Source of the DNA: a virus | IMG/VR virus record: IMGVR_UViG_3300033516_000084 | Span: 36,967-100,966 of that record | Reading direction: 5' to 3' (one strand) | Length of the DNA stretch: 64,000 bases | In this document: positions 8,339 to 18,973 of the stretch, in pieces | Layout of the letters: the number at the start of each line of letters is the position of its first letter | Numbering within the stretch: position 1 is the stretch's first letter | Program-made: the position numbers and the translations under genes | The notes under the pieces: generated by a model | Told to the model about the DNA's origin: nothing | Database searches by the model: none | What the model saw: the letters and a program-made list of their open reading frames with translations, nothing else

Positions 8339-11239
8339 TCACGATAGCCCTGTTTCGTCAAAATAATAAATACCTTCATACCGTACACCATTAAGCAGTA
8401 AGTCCAAGGTATTTTTAGACAAACCAATACTGCCAAGTTGTTTGATAGAGGATGGATTTACTGACAAAGTGACAGCCATGATCGCCGCCTCTTGCGCTGC
8501 TGTCAGCCTGCCTTTGGGTATGGATACCATGCCCGTGAGTAGGTCAGCCTGTACCTTGGCCCAATCACCGGCTTCTGGTACAAACCCTGCCATACTAAGC
8601 TCTACGGCGTTACCCGCTTGTACCTTTGCCGTGGCGTAGGCCGCACCCATACTGGGGTGTAGTTTTTTCAGCGTCTCCCACTCACCGGTAGTCAGCATAG
8701 TGGCTACCAACTCAGGGTGTAGCTCCATCCCACCTGTGCCAGTTCTAAACAAGAACCCCTTTTCTTTGGACTCACCCCATGCAAAGGCTATGTTATTACC
8801 ACGGGTCACCCTGATCATCCCAGTTGCTGCGCCAAGTAAGGACGTTATCTTTGCACCGGTAAGGGACGATAGCAAGGTAACCGGGTCTACTCCGATGTAT
8901 GAGTTCCACAGAGACAACTGGCGTGGGGTAACACCTATGCCCAGGTCAGTAAAGGTTGTTTTAGTAGCAGTAAAGTCCGGTAGCACTTGGTTGACAGGCT
9001 TTGGCTTGGGGGCTTCCACAGGGTTTACCTGAGTGAGACCAGTAGCAGGGTTTACCGTTACCTCTACCGGGCGAATACTTGGCGGCGGTGGGGTTTGAGG
9101 CACGGTATTAACAGACGGTACCAAGGCCGTGGGTGTTGCGCTAGGTTTGGGCTTTTCCAACCTGCCTACGTGATCTAGCCTAACCATCAGCGTTCGGCAG
9201 TTTGACCCCCAGCTAATACGACCATTGTGGTTTATGAGCAGGGTGTGGTTCTTTTCAAGAGTGACATCATACACAACCCCATCGTATTCACGAACCTGCA
9301 ATTGATTGCACTTCTTAAATACGGTAGTCCCATCCCCCACTACCCAGTTATCGTGATTACACGCATACAACCCATTACCATGCTGGGTGTAAGTCCCTTT
9401 TGCAGAGCCTAATCTAATTGAGGGAGTATGTCCTAGTCTTATCAGTAACTCGCACAAGTCATCTCGCATACGAATAGACGAGGTAAAAAACACCCGTTCT
9501 GTGCTTTTATAGCCCAAAAACTTAGAGCCAGTCTCCCTAACGTGCCCATCCCCCAAGGCATAGGCTGCTAAGAACACGTCTATCAATTCTGGGCTTAAAT
9601 TCTTAATAAATTGTGGCACAAACTTCTGGTGAGATTTGCCGTACTGAAGGCACACTGCCCCGATATAGGTATCAGATACCACTATCTTGTGTCCGTATTT
9701 GCTTTCGTGCTTTCGTGCCTTTGGACACAATCTAAGCACATCCATAAACATCTTGTTTGCGTGTTTTGTTTGCGATATGACAGGGTAGTACGTGCCATTC
9801 ACGTGAGGCTGTACGCTACCTTCCGATAGGTAGTAACCTAAGAACTTCAACAAGGATGGGGTATCCCTTTCACTCCCGGCAAACATAATTGACTGTGGCG
9901 ATTCCCCTTTGTGTTTTGAGGATGTGTATAGTCTATTTTCTACTTTGTTGGATAGGAATCCAGGTATGCCTCCGAACATTAGTTCAGTGCTTCTGCCAGC
10001 CTTACCATGGTCCACCCTTCTACCCCAAAACATTTGATGGTCTGGGGTTACCTCTAAACTAGCATCACCCCGTTTGTTGTAGAACTTAAAAACGTCCCCC
10101 TTATGAACATAGGCTATGTTCTTCACAGCGGATACCCATTCAAGCTGGTGAGTGTTTGGATTCAATGACAAAAACTTGTCTACAGCTATGTCCACATCCT
10201 TAAAGTCTATAAACCCTCTTGAGGTGTAGACCTGTGTCCCTTCAACATAGCATCCGGGGTGGAAGGGTGGTGTCCCCAGACCCTTATCCTGTAGCTGCTG
10301 GGGGGTCATACGTTCATAGGCTTCCATGCTAGGTGTACTTTGATCTGGCCACGGGTGGATGGTCTTCAAGTCGTTGGGGTCATCAACGTACACCGCAGAG
10401 TCTAGGATTCTTTTGGCACTGTCTATGGTAAACACCTTTCCATGTACCAGCCTACAAAATCGTGAGGTCCTGTTATCTAGCTGTGCGCTTAGTTTGTAGG
10501 TCTTGTGTCCCCGCATCTCAGACTCGGCCACAAAACCCCATCCTGATAACCGGCTGGTGTGCAGGTTACTGATCATCTGGGCCATTGAATTGCTGTCGTC
10601 TTTGAATGGTACGAACAGTCTAATGGGGTCTGCCTTAGATAGGTTCGATACAGCTTTGGTTACAAGTAAGCCGTGCTTCCTAGCATTGGACTCAGACTCT
10701 GCGTCCATCGACACAGGAATTGATTCCACTCCTTGGTCTCTAAGCCACGCATAGCGGTGTCTTCCGTTCGAGAAACCCACCTCACCGTTGGCATCCACTC
10801 CAACATAAGGAGCTTCCATGTTGTCGTGGGGCTTTACCGTGAACGAGGTCTTATCATCAAACGGTTCCTGCCCACCATTGATGTACCTGCCAAACCGCTC
10901 GTACCGGTCTTTGATCTGACCATCACCATTTGGGCCGATGTAAAAATCCTTTGACTCGGAAAACTTGCGGTCAAACGCTGGAACCTTGAGGTGTACCAGC
11001 GGGTGGCCCATTACTGGGTCTACTCTTACCTGTTTGCCAGCTACATCAACGTATTGATTGCCTTGGAAAGGGTGGCCTTCTGCTTCTTTCTTTACAGAGG
11101 TTGCCATCCCATAGCGTACCTCTCCATCTTCAAAAACAAGGCGTACCATTTCATAGTCGTCCTTCTTGGCGGGTGTACCGTCTTTATTCAAATACTGAGC
11201 AATAGCTGCACGGCCCTCTATCTCCACATCTTCTATCAT
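8339..11239 (-). CDS. MuF/gp7-like head morphogenesis polyprotein with a ParB-like domain and an intein
   Basis: LDNRTSRFCRLVHGKVF and PPFHPG|CR (MuF); NGRHRYAWLRDQGVESIPV (ParB/Srx-like); GHPFQGNQY tag. Confidence 0.85.
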   Translation of the reverse strand: MIEDVEIEGRAAIAQYLNKDGTPAKKDDYEMVRLVFEDGEVRYGMATSVKKEAEGHPFQGNQYVDVAGKQVRVDPVMGHPLVHLKVPAFDRKFSESKDFYIGPNGDGQIKDRYERFGRYINGGQEPFDDKTSFTVKPHDNMEAPYVGVDANGEVGFSNGRHRYAWLRDQGVESIPVSMDAESESNARKHGLLVTKAVSNLSKADPIRLFVPFKDDSNSMAQMISNLHTSRLSGWGFVAESEMRGHKTYKLSAQLDNRTSRFCRLVHGKVFTIDSAKRILDSAVYVDDPNDLKTIHPWPDQSTPSMEAYERMTPQQLQDKGLGTPPFHPGCYVEGTQVYTSRGFIDFKDVDIAVDKFLSLNPNTHQLEWVSAVKNIAYVHKGDVFKFYNKRGDASLEVTPDHQMFWGRRVDHGKAGRSTELMFGGIPGFLSNKVENRLYTSSKHKGESPQSIMFAGSERDTPSLLKFLGYYLSEGSVQPHVNGTYYPVISQTKHANKMFMDVLRLCPKARKHESKYGHKIVVSDTYIGAVCLQYGKSHQKFVPQFIKNLSPELIDVFLAAYALGDGHVRETGSKFLGYKSTERVFFTSSIRMRDDLCELLIRLGHTPSIRLGSAKGTYTQHGNGLYACNHDNWVVGDGTTVFKKCNQLQVREYDGVVYDVTLEKNHTLLINHNGRISWGSNCRTLMVRLDHVGRLEKPKPSATPTALVPSVNTVPQTPPPPSIRPVEVTVNPATGLTQVNPVEAPKPKPVNQVLPDFTATKTTFTDLGIGVTPRQLSLWNSYIGVDPVTLLSSLTGAKITSLLGAATGMIRVTRGNNIAFAWGESKEKGFLFRTGTGGMELHPELVATMLTTGEWETLKKLHPSMGAAYATAKVQAGNAVELSMAGFVPEAGDWAKVQADLLTGMVSIPKGRLTAAQEAAIMAVTLSVNPSSIKQLGSIGLSKNTLDLLLNGVRYEGIYYFDETGLS
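9200..10252 (-). mobile_element. intein (LAGLIDADG) in the MuF PPFHPxCR motif
   Basis: Begins CYVEGTQVYT; block B VTPDH; LAGLIDADG motifs FLGYYLSEGS and LAAYALGDG; ends WGSN followed by Cys; 351 aa. Confidence 0.9.
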
Positions 11240-12477
11240 GCTTTTGGCCCCTGTACATAGCTGGTGTTTAGCTTGTCATACAAATCCTGCCACTCTTTAC
11301 CCAGCCCTTTACGGGCAACAGGTCCTAAGGTTGCCATCTCTGCTAGAGTCTCGTTTATGGCATGTATGATATGTCTAGAGTTTGTTTCAGAAGACTTCCA
11401 CCACTCTCGACTATAAGCAGTAACCCCATCCGACACCTTTAAGGTCTCGTAGTTTACAGCAAATTGATCAGTAAAATCTGTGTCCATTTGAGCCACCCTG
11501 AACTTGTGGTGGGTGAACTCATGTTGCAATACCTGAGCTATAGCCGTTGGGTTATCCATTTTTGATGGGTACACGGTTATCCTGGGGGGAGAATCTTTAC
11601 TAGCTCGCGTATAGGAACCGCCATAGACCAAGCTCTTCCCATTCAGGTTAAACATTTTTGTTTCGTAGTCTGGCACCACCTCAATACCGTCAGGAATACC
11701 AAGAGTTTTAGCTACTGCTTTTACATAGCGCTCTATGCCTTCTTCAGAAGACATATCGTGGGAATGATGCGCCCATCCATACTCTGACACCGTACAACCG
11801 AGGGCTTTTCCCACAGGCCCTGCCCATTTTTCGGCATTTAGCTCAGGCTCCTCCAAAATGTCCTGCTTGTCCATGTCCGAGTACAGGGGGTTATCTGCTA
11901 CCTCTTTGTCATACCAATCCTTAAAGGCTTTTTTAACTAATCCGGGGTCTATCTTCGGGTAGGCATCAACCGCTTTTCTAGCCAACTCAGTAGGGGAGCC
12001 TTCAAACCCACCAATACCCCCTGTGTATTGATTTCCGTGAAAAGAATGACCCTTAGCCTCTTTTTGAATCTGAACTTGGGTACCAGCTTCTCTAGCTCGT
12101 GCAATTGATTGCAGTAGCTTGCGTTGGGTCTGTAACGTACCGTTGTACTGTAGGTACTGTCGTAAATGGCTTAAAGACTTATCCACCGTCTTATCCAATG
12201 GTAGGCTGGCTATCATACTGGCCCTACCTCCTGCCGCCATTGATGCCCCGTATTCTATGGCAGCTCTCATCAAAGCCCTAGAAAAACTCACTACAATCGA
12301 AAATACTGGCTCTAATGTAAAAGATTCTGCTGCCATGATCGCAAGATCAAAGTCATTATTTTTTAGATGTTTTGCATTGGTATTCCAAGCCTCGGATATA
12401 AGTGGATGTAGAGCACTCTGGAGTTTTTCAGACAACATACGTTCTATATCCAAAAAATCTTCTATTCGCGTAGTCAT
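11236..12477 (-). CDS. MuF N-terminal-like helical region fused to a zincin metallopeptidase-like domain
   Basis: HEFTH (HExxH) with downstream VTAYS and NETLAE; preceded by IQK-EAKGHSFHGNQY. Confidence 0.7.
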   Translation of the reverse strand: MTTRIEDFLDIERMLSEKLQSALHPLISEAWNTNAKHLKNNDFDLAIMAAESFTLEPVFSIVVSFSRALMRAAIEYGASMAAGGRASMIASLPLDKTVDKSLSHLRQYLQYNGTLQTQRKLLQSIARAREAGTQVQIQKEAKGHSFHGNQYTGGIGGFEGSPTELARKAVDAYPKIDPGLVKKAFKDWYDKEVADNPLYSDMDKQDILEEPELNAEKWAGPVGKALGCTVSEYGWAHHSHDMSSEEGIERYVKAVAKTLGIPDGIEVVPDYETKMFNLNGKSLVYGGSYTRASKDSPPRITVYPSKMDNPTAIAQVLQHEFTHHKFRVAQMDTDFTDQFAVNYETLKVSDGVTAYSREWWKSSETNSRHIIHAINETLAEMATLGPVARKGLGKEWQDLYDKLNTSYVQGPKA

Positions 12478-13166
12478 ACGGATACCTCTGCCAATTGTGC
12501 AGCTTTGCGCTTTAGCCAGTAGGCCTTGTTAGAGGCCCTCATTTTTGCAAGAGTTTCGTGGGAATGGGTCTTACCTAGATTAGCATCCCGTAACTTTGCT
12601 TTATGCGCCTCGGACTTAAGTACTCCCATACTAGCGGCACTCATTTTTGCTCGGGTTTCCTCTGAACGGTTGGTACCTTTTTGGGCAGCACCTATTTTTG
12701 CTCGGGTTTCTTCTGATGCGGGTGCTCTAAATACCCAAGCAGCCTTTACTTTAGCGACAGCCTCTGCGGACATTTTTCTACCTAAATTTGTGGCACTGAT
12801 CTTCGCACGAGTTTCCTCGGAGTGCATTTTTCCTTTTTGAGAAATACTCTTTCTTTTTTTGGTCTCCTCAGAGTGAATAACACCCTTTGCACCCTCACCC
12901 CCCTCAGTAATGTTACACAGCTTGTCACCACTTATTGCCCGGTATTTTTTGATCAACTCTACCTCTAACACACAAGCGGCCCCCCAAGATAGGTTTTTGT
13001 ACAGAATTGTTACCATGTACGCATACTTACTTGTGGTGTTGTTCCAATGCGGGTTACGATTGGAATCAATGTAGGGGCGTTTTGAATTTCCTATACCCAC
13101 GTAAAACACTACTCCGTCTAAGCGGGTGTGTAGGTAAACGCAGGTGTTGTTAGTGATTGTGGGCAT
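12474..13166 (-). CDS. GIY-YIG-like homing endonuclease with NUMOD3 repeats
   Basis: CVYLHTR...FYVGIG...R, NITEGGEG, and repeated HSEETRAKIS units. Confidence 0.85.
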   Translation of the reverse strand: MPTITNNTCVYLHTRLDGVVFYVGIGNSKRPYIDSNRNPHWNNTTSKYAYMVTILYKNLSWGAACVLEVELIKKYRAISGDKLCNITEGGEGAKGVIHSEETKKRKSISQKGKMHSEETRAKISATNLGRKMSAEAVAKVKAAWVFRAPASEETRAKIGAAQKGTNRSEETRAKMSAASMGVLKSEAHKAKLRDANLGKTHSHETLAKMRASNKAYWLKRKAAQLAEVSV

Positions 13167-16098
13167 TGATGCTTTCTGGTGTACAGTATGAGCTTAAAAG
13201 TTGGTCAAAAAGGGCTTTAGTTTCAGGCTCTAGGGCATCAACGCTTTTCTGTACCAGTGCCTTATCCGCATCAGTCATTGAAATTAGAGGTTCTACCAAA
13301 TTTTCAGCTTCTGCTGTACGTCTCACCAATTTCAGTAGTTGTAAAGTAGATACTTCAGACTTAGTGACTTTCACGGGGGTATGAGCCTTTGGCCCTTCTT
13401 TTTCTGAGTCACCCGGTTTTGGTAAAATAGTTCCTGGAGGCAATGGAGTTGTGTAAGGAAGGTTTGTGTGCGGATCGACTTTTGGCTCTGGCAACACCGG
13501 GGCTTCTGGCGCGGGCGCTTCTTCGGGGGCAGCGGGCGCTTCTTTGTATTTAAGGTCGGTGCCTAGGGCGGCATTAACTGCGGACACAAAGTCTTTCTTC
13601 TCCACCATCTCGGCCACCAGTGGTAAGCCCTTGAACAACTCCTCAACGGACTTCATGGTAATCGGCAGGCTACGGAATTTGATGGTCTTGTACCCAAAAC
13701 CTTTCATCAACGTCTTGTTGATAATCTCATCAAACTCAGTGCGTTCGGGCTGGAATACCTGTGCCTCTGCCACTTGGTAAGCGATTACTGCCGTTGCGTA
13801 GGAGTAGTCGGTAGAGTTCCCAGAGACTAGCACCTTTCCATTTCTACGAGTGACTAGAGTACCTTTAGGCATGGTAAAGCAGTGTACTTTCCCGGTGTAG
13901 GGTACTGCGTACATTTGCTTAGAAGGTTTTAACATGTGGCACTCATCAGTATGAACCCCCACATTCCAAATAGCATGCCACCCCTCCTGCCTTTTATACC
14001 TCTTAGCCGTAGAGGTCATACCCAACCTGAAACACAACTCCTGAACATCCCCCGCCAACCCCTCGGAGGTAGTGGAGTATGTAAAGGAACCGGGTGATGC
14101 GGTGCTAGAGCAGTCCGAATGAAGGCTACCGTCCCCTTCTACAAGAGCATTTAAAATAATTTTCAACTGTCTAGTTGATAGACTGAAAACGAACCTGGGT
14201 ATTCTTTTATTGGAGGAACCCCCACCACACTCTTCTCGTAGCCAATCATACAGACCGCCGTGGCATACAGACACACTTTGTTGATTTCCCCTAGATACAA
14301 TTAACCCCGGAGTAAACCCCATACTGGATAGACACCTAACCATCTTGGTTGCAACTTCTCCAGTATTCTGTGATAGGGATATAGGGCCTCGTACATCCAC
14401 GGGAGTGCTTCCCTCAGCTATAAAGTAGCCTAAGAAAGCAAGGAAGTCGTCCATAGGCACCTGATAACCACTGCCAGTTGCCAGAGACTTGTAGTACCTC
14501 TTCAAATCTCGGGTAGGGTTTTTTGAAGGCATCCCAGGAGTCCACGCATTAGTTCTGGTGTTGGTGGGTATATTAAAGTAAGAAACCTCGTCACCCTCCC
14601 ACCCTGCTGAAGTGGGGAACTCAATATGGCCCCCTAAACCACCCTTAATTGATAACAAGGAATCGGCGTGTACCTTACCCCAAGGCATGGCATCACCCCC
14701 CCTAGTGGAAACATGGCGCACTACCATAGCGTGATTAGGGGTTATCAAAGCATCAATTCCCCTATTTTTCAAATGTACTAAATCACCTTCGTAATCATAA
14801 GAATGGTGGGCTGTGGGCGTATCGAAAGACATTTTATTAGTGTTCAAATCTACTTGCGCTAACTGTAGCCCAATGGCCTCATCAAACATCCTCCAGCCCT
14901 CAGAGGTTAGATATTCGGTATCCTCAGAATGACACCTACCTATAAACAGCGGGGGTAGTCTAAAGCCAACTCGTACATGCTCCTCTGCGCGGGTGTCGTA
15001 TTGGGCGTACAGGGCATCCCCTTGGTTGGTGAACCGTTCTACCCGTGCGCTTACTGTGCCACTACTATCCAGTGACCCACTATTGGACATGAGTTCAACC
15101 ACTACTGCCCTGCCCTTTTTGCGGTTGCTGGAACTCAAGTAGGTACGCAATTGATTGCTGGCATCCCCAACCATCTGTCCACCTTGGATAAAGATGATCG
15201 CAGGCGGCATACCACCGGCATCAAACAGTTCAAGATTGGCCTCCTCAGCTTTTCTGGAACCCAGTACGGACGGTAATTGATTTATCCACCGGGGTATGGA
15301 GTAGGGACTTGTTGGGTCTTTGTCCACCCCGAAGGCCAGTACCTCTGAAGCACGTTTATCCGCTGGCAGGGTAGTACCTTCCTTGGCCCAGGCCCCAGTA
15401 TGTCGGTCTAGGTCGAGCGGTACACCAAACTCTTTGAAATACTGGCGACTAACCCCATTAAACGTCTGCATGTACTTGCGTGGGCGTTCCTTGATGGATA
15501 TAGTAATGTCGTTACCCCCTCTGGATACCACGTACTTCGTATCCACGGGGTCTCCCAAGCGGACTAGGCGTAAGGTCTGCCCCTCTAGGTAGCGAGTACC
15601 GACGATAGAACCGTCCATAGTTCTCAGTACCTCTAGGAACCCATAGCCCATGGATTCAAGGTCTTGCCTGATCAACCGGCGTTGGGTAATGAATGACTTA
15701 CCGGGGTAGGGCTCTGCAAAGAAGGCTCTGGCCTGTACCAGTTCTTCTTCATTAATTTCAGTATTGTCATCCATCTTGACAAACTCATGCCCTGTGCCAT
15801 CAATGTTCACCTCCATCGCTTGGATACACTGATTCAAGATATTGTTCTGTTTTGCCAGTAGTTTAAGGGTTTTAGGCGGGTAAGGTGGCATAACTGCCAA
15901 GTTACTACCCCCTGTTCCTTGGGTGAAGTACAGGTTGACAAACTCGTCCTCTATGAGTCTCTCTGCATCCGCCATAACAAGGTAGGTGTCGCCTTTAATA
16001 ACGCGAGAAACCACAGTTAACTCTGGCTGTTTAATAGTTTTGGTAATAGGCTTAGCTGTCTTTATAGGGGGTGTAGGGGTCTTGATAGAGATTGACAT
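13150..16098 (-). CDS. portal protein (PBSX-like) with an intein
   Basis: DLESMGYGFLEVLR, YSIPRW, FDAGGMPPAIIFIQGG and FRLPPLFIGR|STDYSYATA; upstream of MuF, protease and capsid. Confidence 0.9.
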   Translation of the reverse strand: MSISIKTPTPPIKTAKPITKTIKQPELTVVSRVIKGDTYLVMADAERLIEDEFVNLYFTQGTGGSNLAVMPPYPPKTLKLLAKQNNILNQCIQAMEVNIDGTGHEFVKMDDNTEINEEELVQARAFFAEPYPGKSFITQRRLIRQDLESMGYGFLEVLRTMDGSIVGTRYLEGQTLRLVRLGDPVDTKYVVSRGGNDITISIKERPRKYMQTFNGVSRQYFKEFGVPLDLDRHTGAWAKEGTTLPADKRASEVLAFGVDKDPTSPYSIPRWINQLPSVLGSRKAEEANLELFDAGGMPPAIIFIQGGQMVGDASNQLRTYLSSSNRKKGRAVVVELMSNSGSLDSSGTVSARVERFTNQGDALYAQYDTRAEEHVRVGFRLPPLFIGRCHSEDTEYLTSEGWRMFDEAIGLQLAQVDLNTNKMSFDTPTAHHSYDYEGDLVHLKNRGIDALITPNHAMVVRHVSTRGGDAMPWGKVHADSLLSIKGGLGGHIEFPTSAGWEGDEVSYFNIPTNTRTNAWTPGMPSKNPTRDLKRYYKSLATGSGYQVPMDDFLAFLGYFIAEGSTPVDVRGPISLSQNTGEVATKMVRCLSSMGFTPGLIVSRGNQQSVSVCHGGLYDWLREECGGGSSNKRIPRFVFSLSTRQLKIILNALVEGDGSLHSDCSSTASPGSFTYSTTSEGLAGDVQELCFRLGMTSTAKRYKRQEGWHAIWNVGVHTDECHMLKPSKQMYAVPYTGKVHCFTMPKGTLVTRRNGKVLVSGNSTDYSYATAVIAYQVAEAQVFQPERTEFDEIINKTLMKGFGYKTIKFRSLPITMKSVEELFKGLPLVAEMVEKKDFVSAVNAALGTDLKYKEAPAAPEEAPAPEAPVLPEPKVDPHTNLPYTTPLPPGTILPKPGDSEKEGPKAHTPVKVTKSEVSTLQLLKLVRRTAEAENLVEPLISMTDADKALVQKSVDALEPETKALFDQLLSSYCTPESINAHNH
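13816..14934 (-). mobile_element. intein (LAGLIDADG) in the portal gene
   Basis: Begins CHSEDTEYLT; ITPNH; FLGYFIAEGS and LNALVEGDG; ends VSGN followed by Ser; 373 aa. Confidence 0.9.
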
Positions 16099-16352
16099 AG
16101 CATAGTCCTGTTGGGGTATGGGTAGATTCTACTATGCATACACCTACCTGCTACCACAGTAATTCTGTACGTCTTCTAGCTTGCTGTGATAGGCGCATTT
16201 TCAACTTTCACCCACTTCGCTGCCCTACAGTGGATTACATACTGGCAACATGCACTTGTCGAACTCTTTGAAAGATGGCTACTTCTAGGCCTACTTCCTG
16301 AGTTATCAAAACTTTTGAGAATATATTTTCAGCCTACTGCAATTGATTGCAG

Positions 16353-16568
16353 TTACTCTTTCTCAAGGCCTGCCGGGAACAAGGAATCCAAAGTTTCGGG
16401 CGACAGGTCTTTGCAAAATTCGCGGGCGAAGTTGACACCAAGACCAACAGGGACAATGCTACCGTCATTATCTACTTCCTGTTTCACTGGCAGGTAACCA
16501 CGGTCTGGTGGGGCTACGGGGCCAGGGGTACTTACAACAGGGATACCTTTGAAAACATTTTTGAACAT
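16353..16568 (-). CDS. small hypothetical protein (MFKNVFK N-terminus)
   Basis: AAGGAG RBS before ATG 16568; upstream TTGACA-17-TAGGAT promoter. Confidence 0.55.
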   Translation of the reverse strand: MFKNVFKGIPVVSTPGPVAPPDRGYLPVKQEVDNDGSIVPVGLGVNFAREFCKDLSPETLDSLFPAGLEKE

Positions 16569-16644
16569 AAATTTCTCCTTAATGTGACATCCTACCACAT
16601 CGGAATTGATTTGTCAAGCCTTTTTTACACAAATTTCGTGTAAA

Positions 16645-18927
16645 TTAAGACCTATTCCTGGGCCTTGGAGAAACCGTAGTACGAGTACCGTCTGGGGCGT
16701 GGTAAGGCATATCCGCACCAAGGTAGTCGGCAAGGTGTTGCATCTGTTCCTTATCACTAAATTTCACACTACCATACCAATTACCATTAGCAAGGGCATC
16801 GAATTTGAATTTAGAGTCTGCTCCTTGGCTACCATTGCCGCTATCAGCCCATGCCTTATCCAAGTGGGGTGTCTGTGCAGAGGTATACAGGCGCGGGAAC
16901 TCCTTCAGGTGTCCGTACTTCTTATCTAGCTCATCCAGCTCATCCAGCTCCCTCTTAACATCAGGGGTGTGCAAGTGGGCTGGTATGGTACCCAGGGCGG
17001 CCTTAGCCTTTTGTAATGCCTGCCTCCTCCATGCTGGTGGATTATCGTCATTAAACCCATACCGTGCCCAGGTGTGGAAACCACCTTCCAAAGCACCGTG
17101 AACGTGAAACCCGTTCATCCCCATCTTGTCGTAAACTGGTATAGATTTGGCAAAGTTCTTCTTAACCGCACCCATACCACGGTCTGCTTTTTCTAAGTTT
17201 AGAAACCCGTGTTCAACAACACCGGTAGATTTGTTAAACCCCCTACTCAAAGCCGTTTGTACCTTAGCCCCGTGTACGGTACTACCCCCTCGTGCCCCTA
17301 CAGACAAGTTTCCACTACTATCTATGGAAAGTGTCCCACCTACTATCTTGGCATTTGTACCCATCAACGCATCTATTATTTCGTGAGGCGTTACATTTGG
17401 ATAATGCTTACTTATGGCTGTAGCTACTTGAGGTGGAGTCTGACCCCACTCCCCACTGACGGTCATACCCCTGGCATTTAGCTCCTTCATCTGGGTATGC
17501 ACTTGACGACCATGATCGGTCATATTGGCCTCAGTGGCCCTGTTAACATCATCTTGGACCGCTTGTGCGGCGGCTGCGGCTGCTGTGGCCCTAGTTGCGG
17601 CTGCGGCTCTATCTGCCTCCTGCTGGGTGTGGGCCCTCTCTTGTACAGCGTGACTATCTCTATCTTCTTGAGTAAAGGAAGCCTCCACAGCTCTACGCTG
17701 CCTATCCGGCATACTGGCTAGCCTCGCGGCCCTTACCGAATGTTCTTGGCTGTTCAGCCTATCAGCCAGACTTCTAGCGTGGGAGGCTTCCGAAGCAACA
17801 GCACTTGCTCTTTGTGAGCTTGATAGGTGCTTCATCGCATTGGCATGACTCGCGTCATCTAGGCCATGTAACTCGGCACCGGTATTAGGCCCCTCTCTTG
17901 CCCGACGCTCCTCTTCTCTCACGGTGGTGGCATGGTGAGTAGCCGCATCACTCCACCTACGGCGCTGATCAAACTCTTGGTTATCTTGGATAGCCTGCTT
18001 CTGCCCCACGGACATAGTATCTAGAACAGCCTGCCTATCTGGGTGGCTAAGCCTATCCAGTGGGTCGGTAATAGTACGTACATGGTCAGTTAAGGCTGTT
18101 CTAGCGGCTGATCTTGCTTGGCGTGATAGACCGCCAAGATGACTATCCCGCTCTCGCTGGCTCATATCAAACAATGAGGCCCCAACAACAGCGTTTCTAG
18201 CGGCTACAACACCGGCCACCCGTGTAGCATTAGCCCGATTAAGGTCTGTTAAAGAGCGCCCGAACGAATCTGGTGTAAGATGGTGGGATGGCACTCTAGC
18301 CGCTGTAGCACGGGTGCTGCTCAAAGTCAGGCCATGCTCAGCCAACTGCCTACCATGTGCATCCCCTGCTAGTCTAAGGGTAGCATCGTCACGAGCCCAA
18401 TCAGGGGAGTCATGGGTATCTACGATTGTCTGGAGCCTATTCCTCTCATGCCCTGAAAGTATCGACACAGTTCTTGAGTTGTATAGGTGGTTGTTATCAA
18501 CAAGGGCCGTTCTTTGAGCTACTAGTTCTTCTCTACGTGCTGCCATCGCCTCTCTAGCTGTGGCAGTTGCGGCTCGGGCGGCTGCGGTCCTTACTGCGGC
18601 GGCTGTAGGCGGTCTTGCGGGGGGTCTTGCGGGGGCAGGGGGCGGAATTGCGTCATTAAACTTCTGGTCAACGGTCTGCTGGATACCAGACATACGTTGC
18701 TCTTTATGCTTATTGAATAAAGGCTTCAGGTCCCTCCCTATAGCCGTTTGTTCTACTCCAAATTGAGTCCTATCTCTATCATTACTCCTAGAGAACTTAC
18801 CACCCACACTAACAAAGGTGTGGGTATTCGGTGCGTCTTTACGGGCAAACTTCCCATTGGCATCATGGTATGGGTTGGCTTTAAGTATGTGAAATAGGTG
18901 TGCAAACATACCCCGAGTGTATCCCAC
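16645..18927 (-). CDS. putative virion-packaged effector with a C-terminal GNAT-like acetyltransferase domain
   Basis: N-terminus MFAHLFHILK-ANPYHDANGKF; Ala/Arg-rich middle; C-terminal EHGFLNLEKADRGMG...VHGALEGGFHTWARYGF, paralogous to the C-terminus of 52321-55161. Confidence 0.6.
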   Translation of the reverse strand: MGYTRGMFAHLFHILKANPYHDANGKFARKDAPNTHTFVSVGGKFSRSNDRDRTQFGVEQTAIGRDLKPLFNKHKEQRMSGIQQTVDQKFNDAIPPPAPARPPARPPTAAAVRTAAARAATATAREAMAARREELVAQRTALVDNNHLYNSRTVSILSGHERNRLQTIVDTHDSPDWARDDATLRLAGDAHGRQLAEHGLTLSSTRATAARVPSHHLTPDSFGRSLTDLNRANATRVAGVVAARNAVVGASLFDMSQRERDSHLGGLSRQARSAARTALTDHVRTITDPLDRLSHPDRQAVLDTMSVGQKQAIQDNQEFDQRRRWSDAATHHATTVREEERRAREGPNTGAELHGLDDASHANAMKHLSSSQRASAVASEASHARSLADRLNSQEHSVRAARLASMPDRQRRAVEASFTQEDRDSHAVQERAHTQQEADRAAAATRATAAAAAAQAVQDDVNRATEANMTDHGRQVHTQMKELNARGMTVSGEWGQTPPQVATAISKHYPNVTPHEIIDALMGTNAKIVGGTLSIDSSGNLSVGARGGSTVHGAKVQTALSRGFNKSTGVVEHGFLNLEKADRGMGAVKKNFAKSIPVYDKMGMNGFHVHGALEGGFHTWARYGFNDDNPPAWRRQALQKAKAALGTIPAHLHTPDVKRELDELDELDKKYGHLKEFPRLYTSAQTPHLDKAWADSGNGSQGADSKFKFDALANGNWYGSVKFSDKEQMQHLADYLGADMPYHAPDGTRTTVSPRPRNRS

Positions 18928-18973
18928 CTACGCCCAGGCAGCTAGACCCTTGTCAGTGCAATTGATTGCACGC

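Noticed and set aside
700-18950. A distinct late-promoter consensus upstream of structural genes
   Set aside because: Only loose -10-like hexamers with nearby GTAG were seen; too degenerate to support.
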